Origin: Catajapyx aquilonaris
Taxonomy: Eukaryota
Assembly (NCBI GenBank): GCA_000934665.2
Contig: KZ538665.1
Span: 1-55,089 of the forward strand
DNA length: 55,089 bases
Reading direction: 5' to 3'
Part shown: positions 25,397 through 38,517 of the stretch, one piece after another
Numbering within the stretch: position 1 is the stretch's first letter
Layout of the letters: each line of letters starts with the position of its first letter
Made by a program: the position numbers and the translations under genes
Notes under the pieces: generated by a model
The model's database searches: none
What the model was told of the DNA's origin: nothing
What the model saw: only the letters and a program-made list of their open reading frames with translations

Positions 25397-26912
25397 CAGA
25401 TGCGGGCCCCCGCTGCCGTCTAGCCCTCAACAATCGCATCGGATGACAACTGTTCGAAACAAGTCATTCGTGCGGTATTTTTCCCCATCCTTACGAGGAA
25501 CGGGGAAAAAAGGCTGCGGGGACCCTCCCTAAAAAAATACAACACACACAACATGGAACACAAAACGAGACGAACTTTTGCTGGAAAAAAAAACAACATA
25601 CACACATCTATTTCTCTATCCCTCAATCTCTTTGGATCTTATTTCCAAGCCCTGTGACGACGGAGTCTATTTTTTCATGGACTTGAGTGATTTTTAAATT
25701 ATTTTGGAAAGCGACACGTTTTAATTCCGGAAGGAAAACTCGTATTGTTGACGATGTTGACGAGTTTGAAGCGTTTTTTAATTGGTTGATTCGGTTCGGC
25801 TTTTTTTTAAATATTAATTACTTGGGGAGTGCCTAACTCATTAGTGACGAAAAGATAACTTGGGTCTGAGTACAAAAACCGCAGCTCATTTTGGCCCCTT
25901 TTAGCCCCCTCGTCAAATGCTGCTCAGTACTCATTGCTTGTCTTTTTTTAATTGTTTAGCGAATTATAACTGCCACTTTGTAGGGAATTTGCGCTTTCAC
26001 ATCAGCATAATGAGTCTGTGATAACTAGACGATTGTATTTCTCTTTATAATTTGCATAATAATAATTAGTGTTATCTTTTTAAAAAACAAATGTGAAGCG
26101 ACGTACGTAGTTTTTAAGGGCGTGTCTTCGTACCTGCGCCACCTGCCGTTTAATCCAGGTTTTTTTCGACGGTGTTTCTCGCAAGAAGACAGAAACAGGT
26201 TGAATGGCGACTTTTTTCCGTTTCCCAGTTTTTCCGTGCTGTTTGTAGTCTGTAACTGTCTTGATAGGGAATTGTTAGCGATTCTTTTTTGAAGAAAAAG
26301 TAATTACTCGGGAGGTATGGTCTCTTTTTTAAATTGTTGGGCAGGTAGAGACCAAAAAAAAAAAAGGGTTGTGTTTCCTCGGATTGTTGATTGCATTTAG
26401 AGCGTGAGAAAAAATATACAATGGGTTTTTGGTGCCTTTTTCTATCGATAGGGGAAAAGATATTTCTCGTTACATCCGTTGCTTTGCAGTCGTGCTTTGC
26501 AAGCGAAATGATATTATAATTTCGGAAAGAAAGTACCGGTGCTCATGCATTTTTTTTCATTGAAAATACTCCTCTTTTTTTAAAAAAACAATGTAGAACC
26601 AGGTTTGTTTACGTCACTCGATTGTACTACTTATTTATGCATGCTGACAATTTTTTTTAAAAAATATATGACCCATAATATTATTGTAGAGAAGTATTAA
26701 ACAATATCATTTACTGGTCGAGTGCTGTTATTCGAAGTTTGTCTTTCAGCAACTTCACTGAGAAAACTGCGAGTTTCACGATGGTAAAAATGAAAAGCAA
26801 AGTTTGCAGTGAATGTTGCGGAGGTGAGCGAACCTTATTATTTTATTTTGGCGAGAAAAGAGTATGTACATTATTTTTTTTTTTGTAGTTATTTCCCTAC
26901 AACGTATCCTTT

Positions 26913-29263
26913 TCAGGATTGGCCTGGCATGTCTGCTTCGGCGCCCATTGCCGAGTCGACATCTCTGTCTGAATCTATGGACGTGTCTGAAGAAAACGGA
27001 GACGACGGAGACGAAGAAGAAGTAGACGACGCAGTGGACTCCCCGCTTGGAAAGTCCTCGTCTGGATTGAAATACAGTTCAGCTCCCGGAAACACATACC
27101 GGTTCGGCCTGAGGAACAGGTATGATTTATCTGGAAGGAAAGCGGCGTAAATTATGGTTCTTACTAATTTAAACACCGTTTTGGGGAGACATTCACCTGG
27201 CAACCTGGACGCAATTAGTTCAGTGCGACGTGGCTGCCAGCAGGCCCTCAACCCTTCCAAATCGTCTTCTGAAGTTGGGGGATTTTGAGGCGGTGGAGTC
27301 GGTGGGTATGGCGGCGGAGGAGTCGGCGCCTGTTCAGCCGACGGGCCTGCAGATTCCTGATCGGTCGATGTGTTAGGAATGGTTACGTTGTCATCAGCTG
27401 GTGGCAGATGCGGCAGGCGAGTAATTTGCTTCATCGTTTCCGTCCCCAAGTCTTCCCATCCGGCGCCCAGCCTCGCAGCAAGCTCCCCTATAATCTGATC
27501 GCAATCGCCCAGCAGCTCCACGTCGAACGTTAGATGCCGAAGCGGCTCCCGGTTGATCAGGACCTGCGGGACGTCCGACGGAATCGAGTTTGGAATCAGC
27601 GCAACTGGCCGCACCTTCAGCGAGGAACCAATCACAATGAGCAAATCGCAGTCGTCCCGATCCCGCGCCAGGAGGTTGTGGAACTCTTCGGGCAGACCCT
27701 CCCCGAAGAACACAATGTCTGGCTTCAGGACGCCGAGGATTGGCGGCTGAGTCTGGTTGGAGCAACTCGGGTTCGCCGATTGCCCCGAGAGAGATCCGAT
27801 CCTCTGAGATCCAGCCAACATGTGGAACCTGGGGTCAATTCCCGGGATGGCCAGCGAGTATGCGGGAACAAAATCGTCCGGATCCATCCCTTGCATACCG
27901 CATTCCGGATGGCACTTGGGACACAGCGGGATGCGTCCGGCCAGGACCGCACCTCTTATCTCATCAGCGTCGACCTTAAAGCGGCATCGCTGACATGAAG
28001 CGGTTGCGAGCGATCCATGGCACTCGATGACTCGGCTAACCCCGGCCATCTTCTCCAGTGTGTCCACATTTTGCGTGTAGTTCCGCAGAAGCCGTCCGTC
28101 CTGCTCCAGCAACCGCACAAACCGATGGCAAGCCGAGGGCGTGAACTTCCCCGGGAACAGCTCCTTGGCGACAACAAAAAAGGGGCGAGGATCCGCTCGG
28201 AAGAAGGACACATCAAATACTGCTTGCGGGTCAGGTAGGCCTGAAAACAGATTGTTACAGCACCCAGTACGTAGCGTTGTACGAGGCAGTACCTGGAAAT
28301 AGAGCCGCCGCTCTGGAGTACAGCCCGCCTTTCCCTCTAAAGTCCGGTATGCCAGACGACACCGAGACTCCAGCTCCCGTGAGAATCAGCACCCGCCTGC
28401 TGAGCCGCAACAGTCGGACCACATCCCCGATTGTGTTGACATGCCGCAGCTTCCGTCGTCTGGGTGGCTCGCCCAACACCTGCACCACAAGCCGCCAGAG
28501 CGACGACCCCTCGTAACAATCGGAGTCTGAATCTGAATCGTGCCGCCGCCGCTTGCTGCGCTGATCGTCCTCGGCATCCGAAGTGTCATCCTGCGATCCT
28601 TGCGAGGGCAGATCGTTGAATCCCGAGTCGCCAGTGTTGAGAGCGTCCATCCCAGGTCCGTCCTTGCAATCTGTCGGGGGTTAACACAGTTATTGTTGAC
28701 ACGTACAGATATGCGTAATTGACTGAATCCATAGAAATGTGCTTCACGCTTCGGCTAATAACGTACTGTCTGGTGTACTGTACAGCGGACTTGACGTTAC
28801 TTCAACCAATATTAACCTCTCAGTATGTACACACACTTATTTAAGTTTAATTCCAGTTCATGTACTCGCCACAACATAATTATTAACAAATTTATCTGAA
28901 GTTCAAATGTGGCGCCCATTTTGCGTCCTCAGGAATAACAAGTGAGCATCGCGATGGATCCGCCATCTTGGCACAGGCAAACCATCAATAATGACTTGAA
29001 GGGCGTGGCAACTGGGAGGAAATTCCCCAACAAAATAAAATCCTGTTTGCATTGTTGCTGGGGGTGGTTTTCTTCTTACCAGGGTCCTTGGATGGTGAAG
29101 GGTTGGCCCCGGGGCCGCCCAGGCGCGCCCTCTTGTGCGGTCCAGGCGGTGGCGAGGAGGAGGAGGGAGGGGGGGTGGTGGTGGAGGAGGAGGAGGCGGT
29201 GGAGTGTAGGAAGGGGATGAAAGAGGAGGAGGGAGACTTTCTCCCTGGCGGAGTGGACGCCAT
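26913..29263 (-). CDS. SIRT1: NAD-dependent deacetylase sirtuin-1 (class Ia)
   Basis: Exons 29263-29080, 28670-28293, 28240-27197, 27130-26913. EPPRRRKL, TGAGVSVSSGIPDFR, NYTQNVDTLE, ECHGS, CxxC...CxxC, KPDIVFFGE, GSSLKVRPV, INREPL, and SIRT1 C-terminal regulatory segment YLFLRPNRYVFPGAE. Exon 1 is the least certain. Confidence 0.92.
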
Positions 29264-29559
29264 TTTCGATACTACTGAGGGCTGGGAAAAGTCCCCGCCT
29301 CTTCCCCCCACCTTTTTTTTTTTTGTTTCCAAATCCTGAGGGAAGAGTGGACTCACCCGTGACGTCACTGCAATGCGGGTGACGTCAGGCGATCAATACT
29401 CATGCGTTTACACATGCCAGCACACCATTCAATTGAACCAATACGAACGCAGCGTTTGGTCATATCCACCAATCGGATGCAACCAAGTATTACTTACACG
29501 TTCCAATCGCACGACTCCAATGCGCGTGCGTGAAATTGCCATGCCTCTCTGCCATTGGC

Positions 29560-30200
29560 TGGCAAACAGACATGTTCCAGCCAATAGTAGGTAACAAAAG
29601 ATTGTTTACACGTCCCAGCTGAATGGCTTCAGTGCGCGTGCGTAAGATTTTTAGTTTCGTTGCAATTGGCTGTACAACAGCCAATCGGATGCTACAGACT
29701 ACCGTTTACACGTTCCAGCTGGGTGGCTCCAGTACGCGTGCGTGCAATTTATTGCTTTGTTGCAATTGGCTGGACGACAGCCAATCGGATGCTACATACT
29801 ACCGTTTACATGTCCCAGTTTGTGAGCTTGATGGCTCCAGGGCTTGCTCCAGTGCGCGTGCGTCTAATCACTTGCTTTGTTGCAATTGGCTGTAAAACAA
29901 CCAATCGGCAGCTACAAATTATTGTTTACACGTTCCAGCTGGGCGGCTCCAGTGCGCGTGCGTCAGGGTGCGTGCAATTTTTTTTTTTTTGCTTTGTTGC
30001 AATTGGCTGGACGACAGCCAATCGGATGCTACAGACTACCGTTTAGACGTCCCAGCTTGATGGCTCCAGTGCGCGTGCGTGTAATCACTTGCTTTGTTGC
30101 AATTGGCTGTAAAACAACAAATCGGCAGCTACAAATTATTGTCTACACGTTCCAGGCAGATGGCTTCTATGCGCGTGCGTCCAACGACACCATTGGCCAT
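29560..30200. repeat. About 100-120-bp tandem repeat (about 6 units) between divergent SIRT1 and RpS24
   Basis: Recurring TGCAATTGGCTG...CCAATCGG...GTTTACAC...TGCGCGTGCGT; anchors at 29661, 29761, 29881, 29998, 30098. Confidence 0.85.
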
Positions 30201-30823
30201 AAAACTGAGATGCGCTTATCCGATTGGTCCAAAACTGTATACTTCCAATGTAAACGCCAGTAATGACATCATGCCCAATTGCGACTTAAATATGGCGCAA
30301 TTTATTGCAACAATAGACAAATACATTTTGTACTATTGTAGCCATTAAAACAATTACAACAGGAAAAATGCCCGCACATTCATCGCAATAATTGGGCGAA
30401 ATATCGCCATTGTGGTAATGGACAGGGGTTGTAAAACCGGGTTTAATTACGTCAAAATGATGAAGCCGTTGTTGTACGGCGGTTGTTCGGCACCACAATC
30501 AATTGTGCACACGGTCCGGTCTGGTCAATTTTCCACGAATATTTCCAAATGTTTCCGTGGAAAGAGGAAACATCTGCGATATGGGAAAATATCGCAAATG
30601 TAACGACTATAAATCGCATGTGCGTGGTATTGTATTTAATTAATTTACCATTTTAATGTCTATTCACCATTAAATTTGATGTATTACATGCTCACATAAT
30701 TATAGTTTCATTAATTGAAGAGCTTAACCTGGCAACCTTGCCTTGGAAGCGGCGTTGCCACCTCCCGGTGTCGCCCAATCCATTCGTGTGTTGATCAGGA
30801 GAAAAAAGGAAGAAGCCATCATC

Positions 30824-32875
30824 ATGGTGAGTTGGCATCGAATCTGGCCCAATCTCCCTTCCCAGCGGACCATCCCGAACCCCCACACGGCCCGGCACAC
30901 GCCCCGGGTTCCGCCCTAGGGTTTTCGCCAAGAGTTTGGCCCAGGAAATGGCCCGGATAGTCCATGTGTGATTCATGTGCCACGTTTCGAATGCCGGGTT
31001 CACACACGACAGTCGTTCGGTCGTTGTCGCTCGTCTTTCGGTCGTTGGTGTGGCCATAATATTACGGGGGTTCGGTGGCCGCAAATGTATGTTCCCGAAC
31101 TCACGTAAGCATTGTGGTCTATGCAGGTGTAATGAGTGTTACTCTGTGAAAGCGCAGTGGTTCATGGCGATTACAATAATTTCATGTGTATTTTTTTTTT
31201 GGCTGGTGTAACTAGCCGTGAGACGAAAATGCCACCCTTTGTTATTTTTGCCAAGCCGAATGTGTAACGACTGCGTACTACAAGCCAGTGTGAATCGTTT
31301 GTCGTTCGTCCGTTGTCAGGTTTACTAATGACCCATCTTCTTTTACCCCTCCAGACGGAAGGCGCCACTGCAACAATCCGCACCCGGAAGTTCATGACCA
31401 ACAGGCTGCTATGCAGGCGCCAGATGGTATTACAGTTAATTGTAGTGCCACTGTGGGTGTAACTAGTACTGCCGTCCCACGGGAAAAAAAGCCGTATCTG
31501 CAAAACCGTTAGTCGACTTGCCATTGCTCGANGCAGTATCTGCAAAACCGGTCGAGTCGACTTTCCCACTCTCGAGCACTGGCAAGTCGACTAAGGGTTT
31601 TGCAGATACAGCTTTTTTCCGTGGGACGGCAGAGTAGCCATGTGCTGAGAATGTATATTGCAAAAAAAAAGTTGTGCATTAGATGCTTAACCAACAGAGA
31701 CATTAGTTTGCAAGTTACGCTATGTATGACCCGATTGCACTGACGAAATTACCGATTCGATACCGCCTAACAGATCGTTAGTACATGTTAAAGTGGCTCC
31801 TAACGATCAGTTAGAAGCTGTCGGATCGGTAATTTCGGTTGGTGCAATTGGGCAATAGTTGCTTAACCAGGGGAATTAGCCTCAACATTTCATCAGGGAG
31901 CATGTACTACATAAGAGGCGCAAACTTCTGTCGTCGTCTTTGATGTCCGCGTCTCTCTGTTTGGGACGTTGCCAAGGCTGGCGGCCATCTTGAAGTGTGG
32001 GCAACGCCAACGAGGTATAAATAGGGTACAGGCAAAAAATAGGGTCCGCCATCTTTGATGGTTTTGGCGGCCATGGCAACTACACGGCAAGAACATTGGC
32101 GAATCAAAGATGGCAGACCCTATTTTAGCCTGTACCCTATTTATACCTCGTTGGCGTTCCCCACACTTCAAGATGGCCGCCAGCCTTGGCAACGCCCCAA
32201 ACAGAGAGACGCGGAAATCGAATGTTTGCGCCTCTTATGTAGTATATGCTCCCTGATTTCATTCTATAGCAGACCACTCTGTCATGTAACTTTTGTCTTT
32301 GTGAGTCGCCTCGTCATCCAAGTGTTGTTGATCATATTTACATCTGCTTTTTTGTAAACAGGTTGTAGACGTACTCCACCCTGGCCGTGCGTCGGTGCCC
32401 AAGACGGAGATACGTGAGAAGCTGGCCAAGATGTACAAGACCACCCCGGACGTGGTCTTCTGCTTCGGATTCCACACCAAGTTTGGCGGAGGGAGGTCCT
32501 CGGGTTTCGCACTCGTGTACGACACCCTGGACTTTGCCAAGAAGTTTGAGCCTAAGCATCGGCTTGCCAGGGTATACTTATGTTCATCGTATCCGTTGAA
32601 ACTGCAGCTGTAGTCAACTATGTTTATTCAATGCTGCTTGTACATTTTAAGAAACGCACGTGTATGCTATCGGCATGGACTTGGAGATCGGCTGACCAAG
32701 CGTCCTTGCCGATAGTGGCGTTACATTCGCAATGCACTAATTACTCTTGTTTCGACAGCATGGGATGACCAAGGTGGAGAGGCAGGGCCGTAAGCAGCGT
32801 AAGGAACGCAAGAACAGGATGAAGAAGGTCCGGGGCACCAAGAAGGCAAAGGTCGGAGCATCTGCCGGCAAGAAG
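30824..32875 (+). CDS. RPS24: 40S ribosomal protein S24 (eS24); final exon ambiguous
   Basis: ATG/GTGAGT at 30824-30826; exons 31355-31426 ([13 protein letters not shown]), 32362-32571 (VDVLHPG...FEPKHRLAR), 32759-32875 ([16 protein letters not shown]...GKK) then a GT donor; the stop lies in a downstream exon (candidates begin 32997, 33757, 34196). Confidence 0.95.
31467..31636. mobile_element. MITE in RpS24 intron 2
   Basis: Long TIRs CTGCCGTCCCACGG...GTATCTGCAAAACC / GGTTTTGCAGATAC...CCGTGGGACGGCAG, near TA on both sides. Confidence 0.65.
31731..31853. mobile_element. MITE (same family as 44998-45123)
   Basis: CCGATTGCAC..ACGAAATTACCGAT / ATCGGTAATTTCG..GTGCAATTGGG; second copy downstream of GDH. 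Confidence 0.6.
31891..32256. mobile_element. Foldback/MITE with about 160-bp inverted arms
   Basis: About 31891-32059 is the reverse complement of about 32103-32256 with few mismatches and an approximately 40-bp spacer. Confidence 0.7.
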
Positions 32876-35334
32876 GTCAGTATTGTGACGGAACGTCGCA
32901 TTCATTTCAACAAATTACGGCTTAGCTGGGAATTGGCTTTTTTAATTATTTTTTCTGGGATCCACTTGCATGATAGTTACACCTATTTTTCTGCAGGTTG
33001 GACGCTGGGATTCACCCGGTTTTTGGGAATGTGTTCAAGCTTTGCATGCGGATTATTTAGACACTGTGGCACATACCATATTTATTTGCATAATTACATT
33101 CACGCAGCTTTTATCGCTGAGCAGAAAAATTGCTTATTTCATCTGGTACAAAAAAATCTGGAGGAAACGTTCATGCAGCGATGATAATGTGCTGCAAGTA
33201 CTTTCGGCAAATGCATGTGTTTCACCAATTTTCAAAGACTGGGGAGAAATACGAGTACTTGTTTCGCTTGCTATGCCTTAATTTTCCATGAAAATGTACC
33301 GTTGCTATTAAAATGCATGATCTTGAATCTTGCAAAATGTGCTATTGAGGGATAATTTCCACCAAAATTTAACTTTCCAATTTAAAAAAAAAAAAGTGCA
33401 ATAAATATGGTACTTGAATTTAACATTACTCTTTTTCCAAAAAAGTTGGTGAACTCATATTGGGAGCTGATGTAAATGTCATTTAAAAATTTGCCGAGTC
33501 CAGTCAAACCCCCAGTATTCAACATGACCGTTTTCTCGAACTGTGGTGCAAATGTAAACCAGGTTCAAAGCCAGTTTAATCCCTGATTTGATTGTTGTTA
33601 GGCTGTTGTCAAGGGTTTGAATCGGCTTTGAACCGGGTTTACAGAGACAACGGCCCTTAGAGAATTTTAATCTGGAGATAGTTTCGATTTTTGACATGTT
33701 AAATTAAACTAGTGTGTGCAGCCATTGCGCTCTATATTTATTCTATGTCCATACAGCATGGCGACTACACACACGGGTTTAATTTAACAAGGCAAGGAAA
33801 TACTATTCGCAGCGGAATGAAAATCTGTACGCTGTGCGAGACTCCCCATTACGTGGACAGGCACTTCATTACACGATGGCATTATTACTGTTGTGCTGTA
33901 ATGTTCCCAATGTTGGTTCACCCTGTAAGCGACGATTCACGTACCTCTGAATTTGCGACGTGCTGGATGTGAACCCGAACAGATCAAGTCGTTTCGTTGG
34001 AACTGTCACGACCGGCAAAAGCTGTTCAGGATTTAAATTAATCCGACTCGTTGCAGTTTCAGCAGATTGCGTGAATTGGTCTTTATAGTGCATGCGTTGC
34101 TGGTCTGTACTTGTTTTTTCCTATTAGATGTTGTAATTGGTGGTTGAACTTTTTTCTTGGGAGTAGCGGTTTTCTTTGCCTGTTCGCCTTTCCAGGGACG
34201 AAAGTAGGATTTGGAAAAAGAATATAGATATTATGGAATGGGACAGCGCGCAAATTCCTGCAGCGGCAAATGCTTGCTTCTATTCATCCCTGCCCACCTG
34301 GGAAGATGGCTTTTGGGCTTCTAGTTATCCACCTACCTTTATTATTTTGTTATCACTCGATTCTTCCATCACCCTTCTTCACTGGCCTCTTCTGGTTGCA
34401 ATTTTCTTCTGGGTATTTTCCACTTTCTGGGAACTCACTTTTTTTCACGCTCACCTTATTTTTAATTTTTTTTTATTTTCTCTCTCATTTACATCACTTT
34501 TTATGATTTGGTTTGTCACATTACCTGATGTTGTGTTTCCTGCGGTTGCAGTGAGAATGGAGCCGGACTGCAAATTGCTGAAAAATGTCTCATTGCCTTT
34601 GACATCCATGGCATTGTAATAATAATAAAAAAAGCTTAAAAAGAAAGCGACAAAAATGTGTGGATGTAATCATTTCGAGAGGAATTTTTCAGCCGCATCA
34701 CAACTCGGAATGGAAATGATGCAAGAGGTAATGCGTTTAAAAATTAAGACGCCTAGAACTGCGCTTTAATAATGTTAATTACACACAAATAAATTGCCAT
34801 CAATTACGCATATCCGTGACCAAAATGACCTTCAGTCACATGCTCCAGTTTATTTTTAACTGCCTTTTTGTGCCATCGAAGTCGTTTAGTTATAAAAAAT
34901 TGCTGGCGTATGTCGTGTACATTTTTTGATTACGTTACAATTTTTTTCCGTTACACTTGTATCATTTATAGTCATTCAAAACATGATAACATTTCGTTGA
35001 AAATATATTGAATGTACGATTACTTACCATATAATGTTATTTATAAATAAATTAGCCGAGCGTTGATGGTGAAAGTCCATGTTGTTTACGCACATTTTTA
35101 TCGCATTTTTCAGCAAAAAAAACGTGTGTAAAACATTTTTGTAATGACCCAGACAAGTCTTGTTGACACTACTGATTACATATTAGGTCTATTTTATAGA
35201 TTGTTTTACGAAACCAGTTTATTTTAGAGATTTGAAGTATGAATATAGATAAATGCATCGGGTTTTTTTTAATAAATGGGAGATAAGTAGTAGTTAAAGA
35301 CAGGTTGTGCTGGTGGGTCACACTCGAGAGGAAG

Positions 35335-36534
35335 ATGTGCTCTGGTTCAAACAACAAGCCGAAGGTGCTCGTCACCTGGGCAAACCTGCCTGATGTAGCT
35401 CTCGACATTCTCAGGAAATGGTATGATATTTTCTCTGACTAATTAGACGTTAGCGCTAATCGCATGTTCCTAGCTGCGACGTCGAATGTTGGTCTAAAGA
35501 CAGTGTGATGCCTCGTGAATGCCTGCTGTCCCTGTCGAGGGGTAAGCATGCCCTGCTGGTTCGTGTGAGCGAGCGAGTGGACGCGGAGGTTCTGGACGAG
35601 GCTGGCCCGCAGCTGAAGGTCGTGGCGACTCTGTCTGTCGGCCATGATCATATTGATGTGGATGAAGCCAGCAGGCGGGGGATCAAAGTTGGACACACTC
35701 CGGGAGTCCTGACGCCAGCCACAGCCGAGCTGACTGTCGCTCTTTTACTAGCGACGACCCGACGATTGTTCGAGAGCCACCAGCAGCTGCTAAGGTGAGA
35801 GCCGCCTCAAATTCATATCGAGCTTTACAATTGACCTCAACAGGGCCGACTGGAAGTCGTGGGATCCAATGTGGATGGTCGGCTTGGGTCTGGAGGATTC
35901 CACTGTCGGCATTGTTGGCTTGGGACGCATCGGACAGACGGTGATCAAGATGCTGAAGCCGTTTAGCGTCGCCAAGTTCCTGTACCATGGACGGAGGGCT
36001 AAGCCAGAAGGCATGTTAACGCTTAATTCCAATGTGCAGGCCTAATTATGTTCCTTCAGGTTACGAGTTGGGAGCGGAGTTCGTATCGCTTCAGCGCCTG
36101 CTGAGCGAATCTGATTTCGTGATAGTAACCTGCCCGTTGACGCCCGATACTGAAGGAATGTTCAACAAGTCCGCATTTGTTCGGATGAAACGTAGCGCCG
36201 TTCTGGTGAACACAAGCAGGGGCGGTGTCGTGGATCAGGATGCACTAATCTGGGCGTTAACCACCGGGCAGATATGGGCCGCGGGACTAGACGTGATGAC
36301 CCCGGAGCCGCTACCGAAAGACCATCCGCTGACGAAAGCGCCAAACTGCAGTAAGCGTCACAAGCGGCCAGAGTAAACTCCAAAAGAGGTTAACTTGTTT
36401 TTAACTCCGCAGTACTAATCCCGCATCGGGGAAGCGGGACCATCCAATCCCGGCTGAAGATGTCCGTCCTGTCCGCCGAGAACGTAGTGTGCGGTCTGTT
36501 GAACAAGCCCATGCCGGCCCAGCTGCAACTGTAA
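35335..36534 (+). CDS. GRHPR: Glyoxylate reductase/hydroxypyruvate reductase
   Basis: Exons 35335-35420, 35474-35794, 35844-36010, 36060-36350, 36413-36534. AGPQLKVVATLSVGHDHID, TPGVLTPATAEL, GLGRIG, VNTSRGGVVDQ, AAGLDVMTPEPL, PHxGS. Confidence 0.92.
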
Positions 36535-37189
36535 CATAACACGCACTTACATATGTAATTGTAAGCAGTAGATGTAAATAGAATAAAAAAATAGTCCATT
36601 TTTGAAAGTGGCGCGTTTGATTCGAGTGTTGCCAACCCCCTGCACAGCCAGTGGTGCCAATTGCCGTTTCCCACCCTGCCATCTGGCGGCCACTTGGAGA
36701 ACTTGGCAGGCCGGAATATCGATCGGTCGGGTTCGTCTCGTTCTCTTTTTTTTATTATATCTCTGATCCTTGCTGGACCCTGGTCAGTTTCTGCCGGACC
36801 GCCGCTGACCGAGCAACGAAGGGTCCTCCTCAGTCCGTCTCTGGAGGGTTCGGGGGACACACGGGGGGGCTGGCTTGGCCCGTAGGCAGGCGGCTATAGT
36901 CGAAGTTTGGAACGTGGAGGAAAAAAGGAATTCCGAAAGGCATCTCTCTTTTTCTATTAATAGATTCACGCCCCCGACCGCCTACGCACAGGTCCCGCCG
37001 GACTAGAACATCATCTAAACAGGTACGTACAGTACACAGCCACTCAAAAGCTGTACTTAAATTTACATTACCGGTACTGGATGCTGGTACGTGAAGCACA
37101 GAACAGTTTGGAATGCCCACCAGTTGTACATTAGATAATTACATTTCATATCATCGAACTTGTTCTACAGTATTTATGTGTAATCTAAT

Positions 37190-37620
37190 TTTTGTTTAAT
37201 TAATTACTCATTAATTCCATTTAATTAATTTTGTTTGAGGTATGTAGCTAGTTAAATTTAATTCTTAATTCATTTTGTTCCAATTCATTAATTTTGGGTT
37301 AGTTATGTAGCCAATTAAATTAAATTATTAATATTTAATTAATTTTGGGTTAGTTATGTAGCTAATTAAATTTAATTATTAATATTTAATTAATTTTGGG
37401 TTATGTAGCTAATTAAATTTTATTCCCAATTAATTTTAATCCAATTAATTTTTACTTTAATTTGGTATGAGTTGTGTAACTTCTATTATTTCTTATGTCT
37501 GATTAATTTAATTTAATTTAATTATTAATGTATTTTGTTTCATTTGTTGTAATTAATTAAAAACTATTAATATAGTTTTGTTTATTAATTTCATTTAACT
37601 ATATTTAATTTTGCTTTATC
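37190..37620. repeat. AT-rich low-complexity degenerate repeat
   Basis: Repeated TTATGTAGCTAATTAAATTTAATT...TTTTGGGTTA units. Confidence 0.7.
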
Positions 37621-37753
37621 TATTTCATGTTTTGTTGGTAATGGGTAATTCAAAACAGCATTACAGTGTAAAAATCAGCTTGAATTAAATAAAATTAAGG
37701 CAGAAATTCATAATTCTAATCAATTGTATGTTTTTATCAAAGGGTAATTATTA

Positions 37754-37870
37754 AAGGCCGGTATCAACGTACGAGATTCTCGCATACGAGGATCCGCGAG
37801 GAGTCAACTGCGCATGTTGGCTCCTCGCGGATCCTCGTATGCAAGAATCTCGTACGTTGATACCGGCCTT
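37754..37870. mobile_element. Hairpin MITE upstream of GDH
   Basis: About 50-bp arms AAGGCCGGTATCAACGTACGAGATTCT.GCATACGAGGATCCGCGAGGAG and its reverse complement with one mismatch. Confidence 0.7.
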
Positions 37871-38517
37871 CCATCACATGTCAAGTCCGTTGTACGGTAT
37901 AAGGCGCCAAGTCCGGTTTGTTACAAGTCCGTTGTACGCTCAACTGCCGAGTGATGTACCCCTTGGTTTTTATTCGTTCATTTAATTTATTTACCCTGTA
38001 TAATGTCCAGCTTTCAATTACCCAACAGCGTGATAATTGTATAATTATTTTGCGGCATGCAACAGGGGGGAAAAACCGGACAATGTGCAGTTAGTGCGTG
38101 ACTAGTACTGTGCAATTATCACCTGTAATTATGGCTTTTGTCGGCGGTAGTGTTAGTACACACGTGCTTATGGCCTCGTAAGGGAGCCGCATTATTTGCT
38201 TGAAAGCAACGCAAAATTTCATTTTCCATTGTACTATTGAACTGTTCGTACTCTAAATGTGCATCTGATTTATAACTTGTAAAGTGCATCTAAAAGTAAC
38301 TAACCACATCCTGGGACATGGTGATAGCATTGTAACCCCCATTTTAACCACAATAAAGAGAGAGCTGCATGTTTGCTTCAGCCGCTTTCATCTAGAAATG
38401 GTAAACAAAAACAAGCGTACGGGTGATGTCAGGTGCAAACTAGATAGGTAAAACGTGATCATATTTTCCATTTCCATGCGTAATATGTTTCATATCATTG
38501 TAGTTTCCCAACAAAAG

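Noticed and set aside
34176..34619. 147-aa hydrophobic ORF as an independent membrane protein
   Set aside because: Non-ATG start as listed, T-rich UTR-like composition, and out of phase with the RpS24 donor at the 34196 acceptor.
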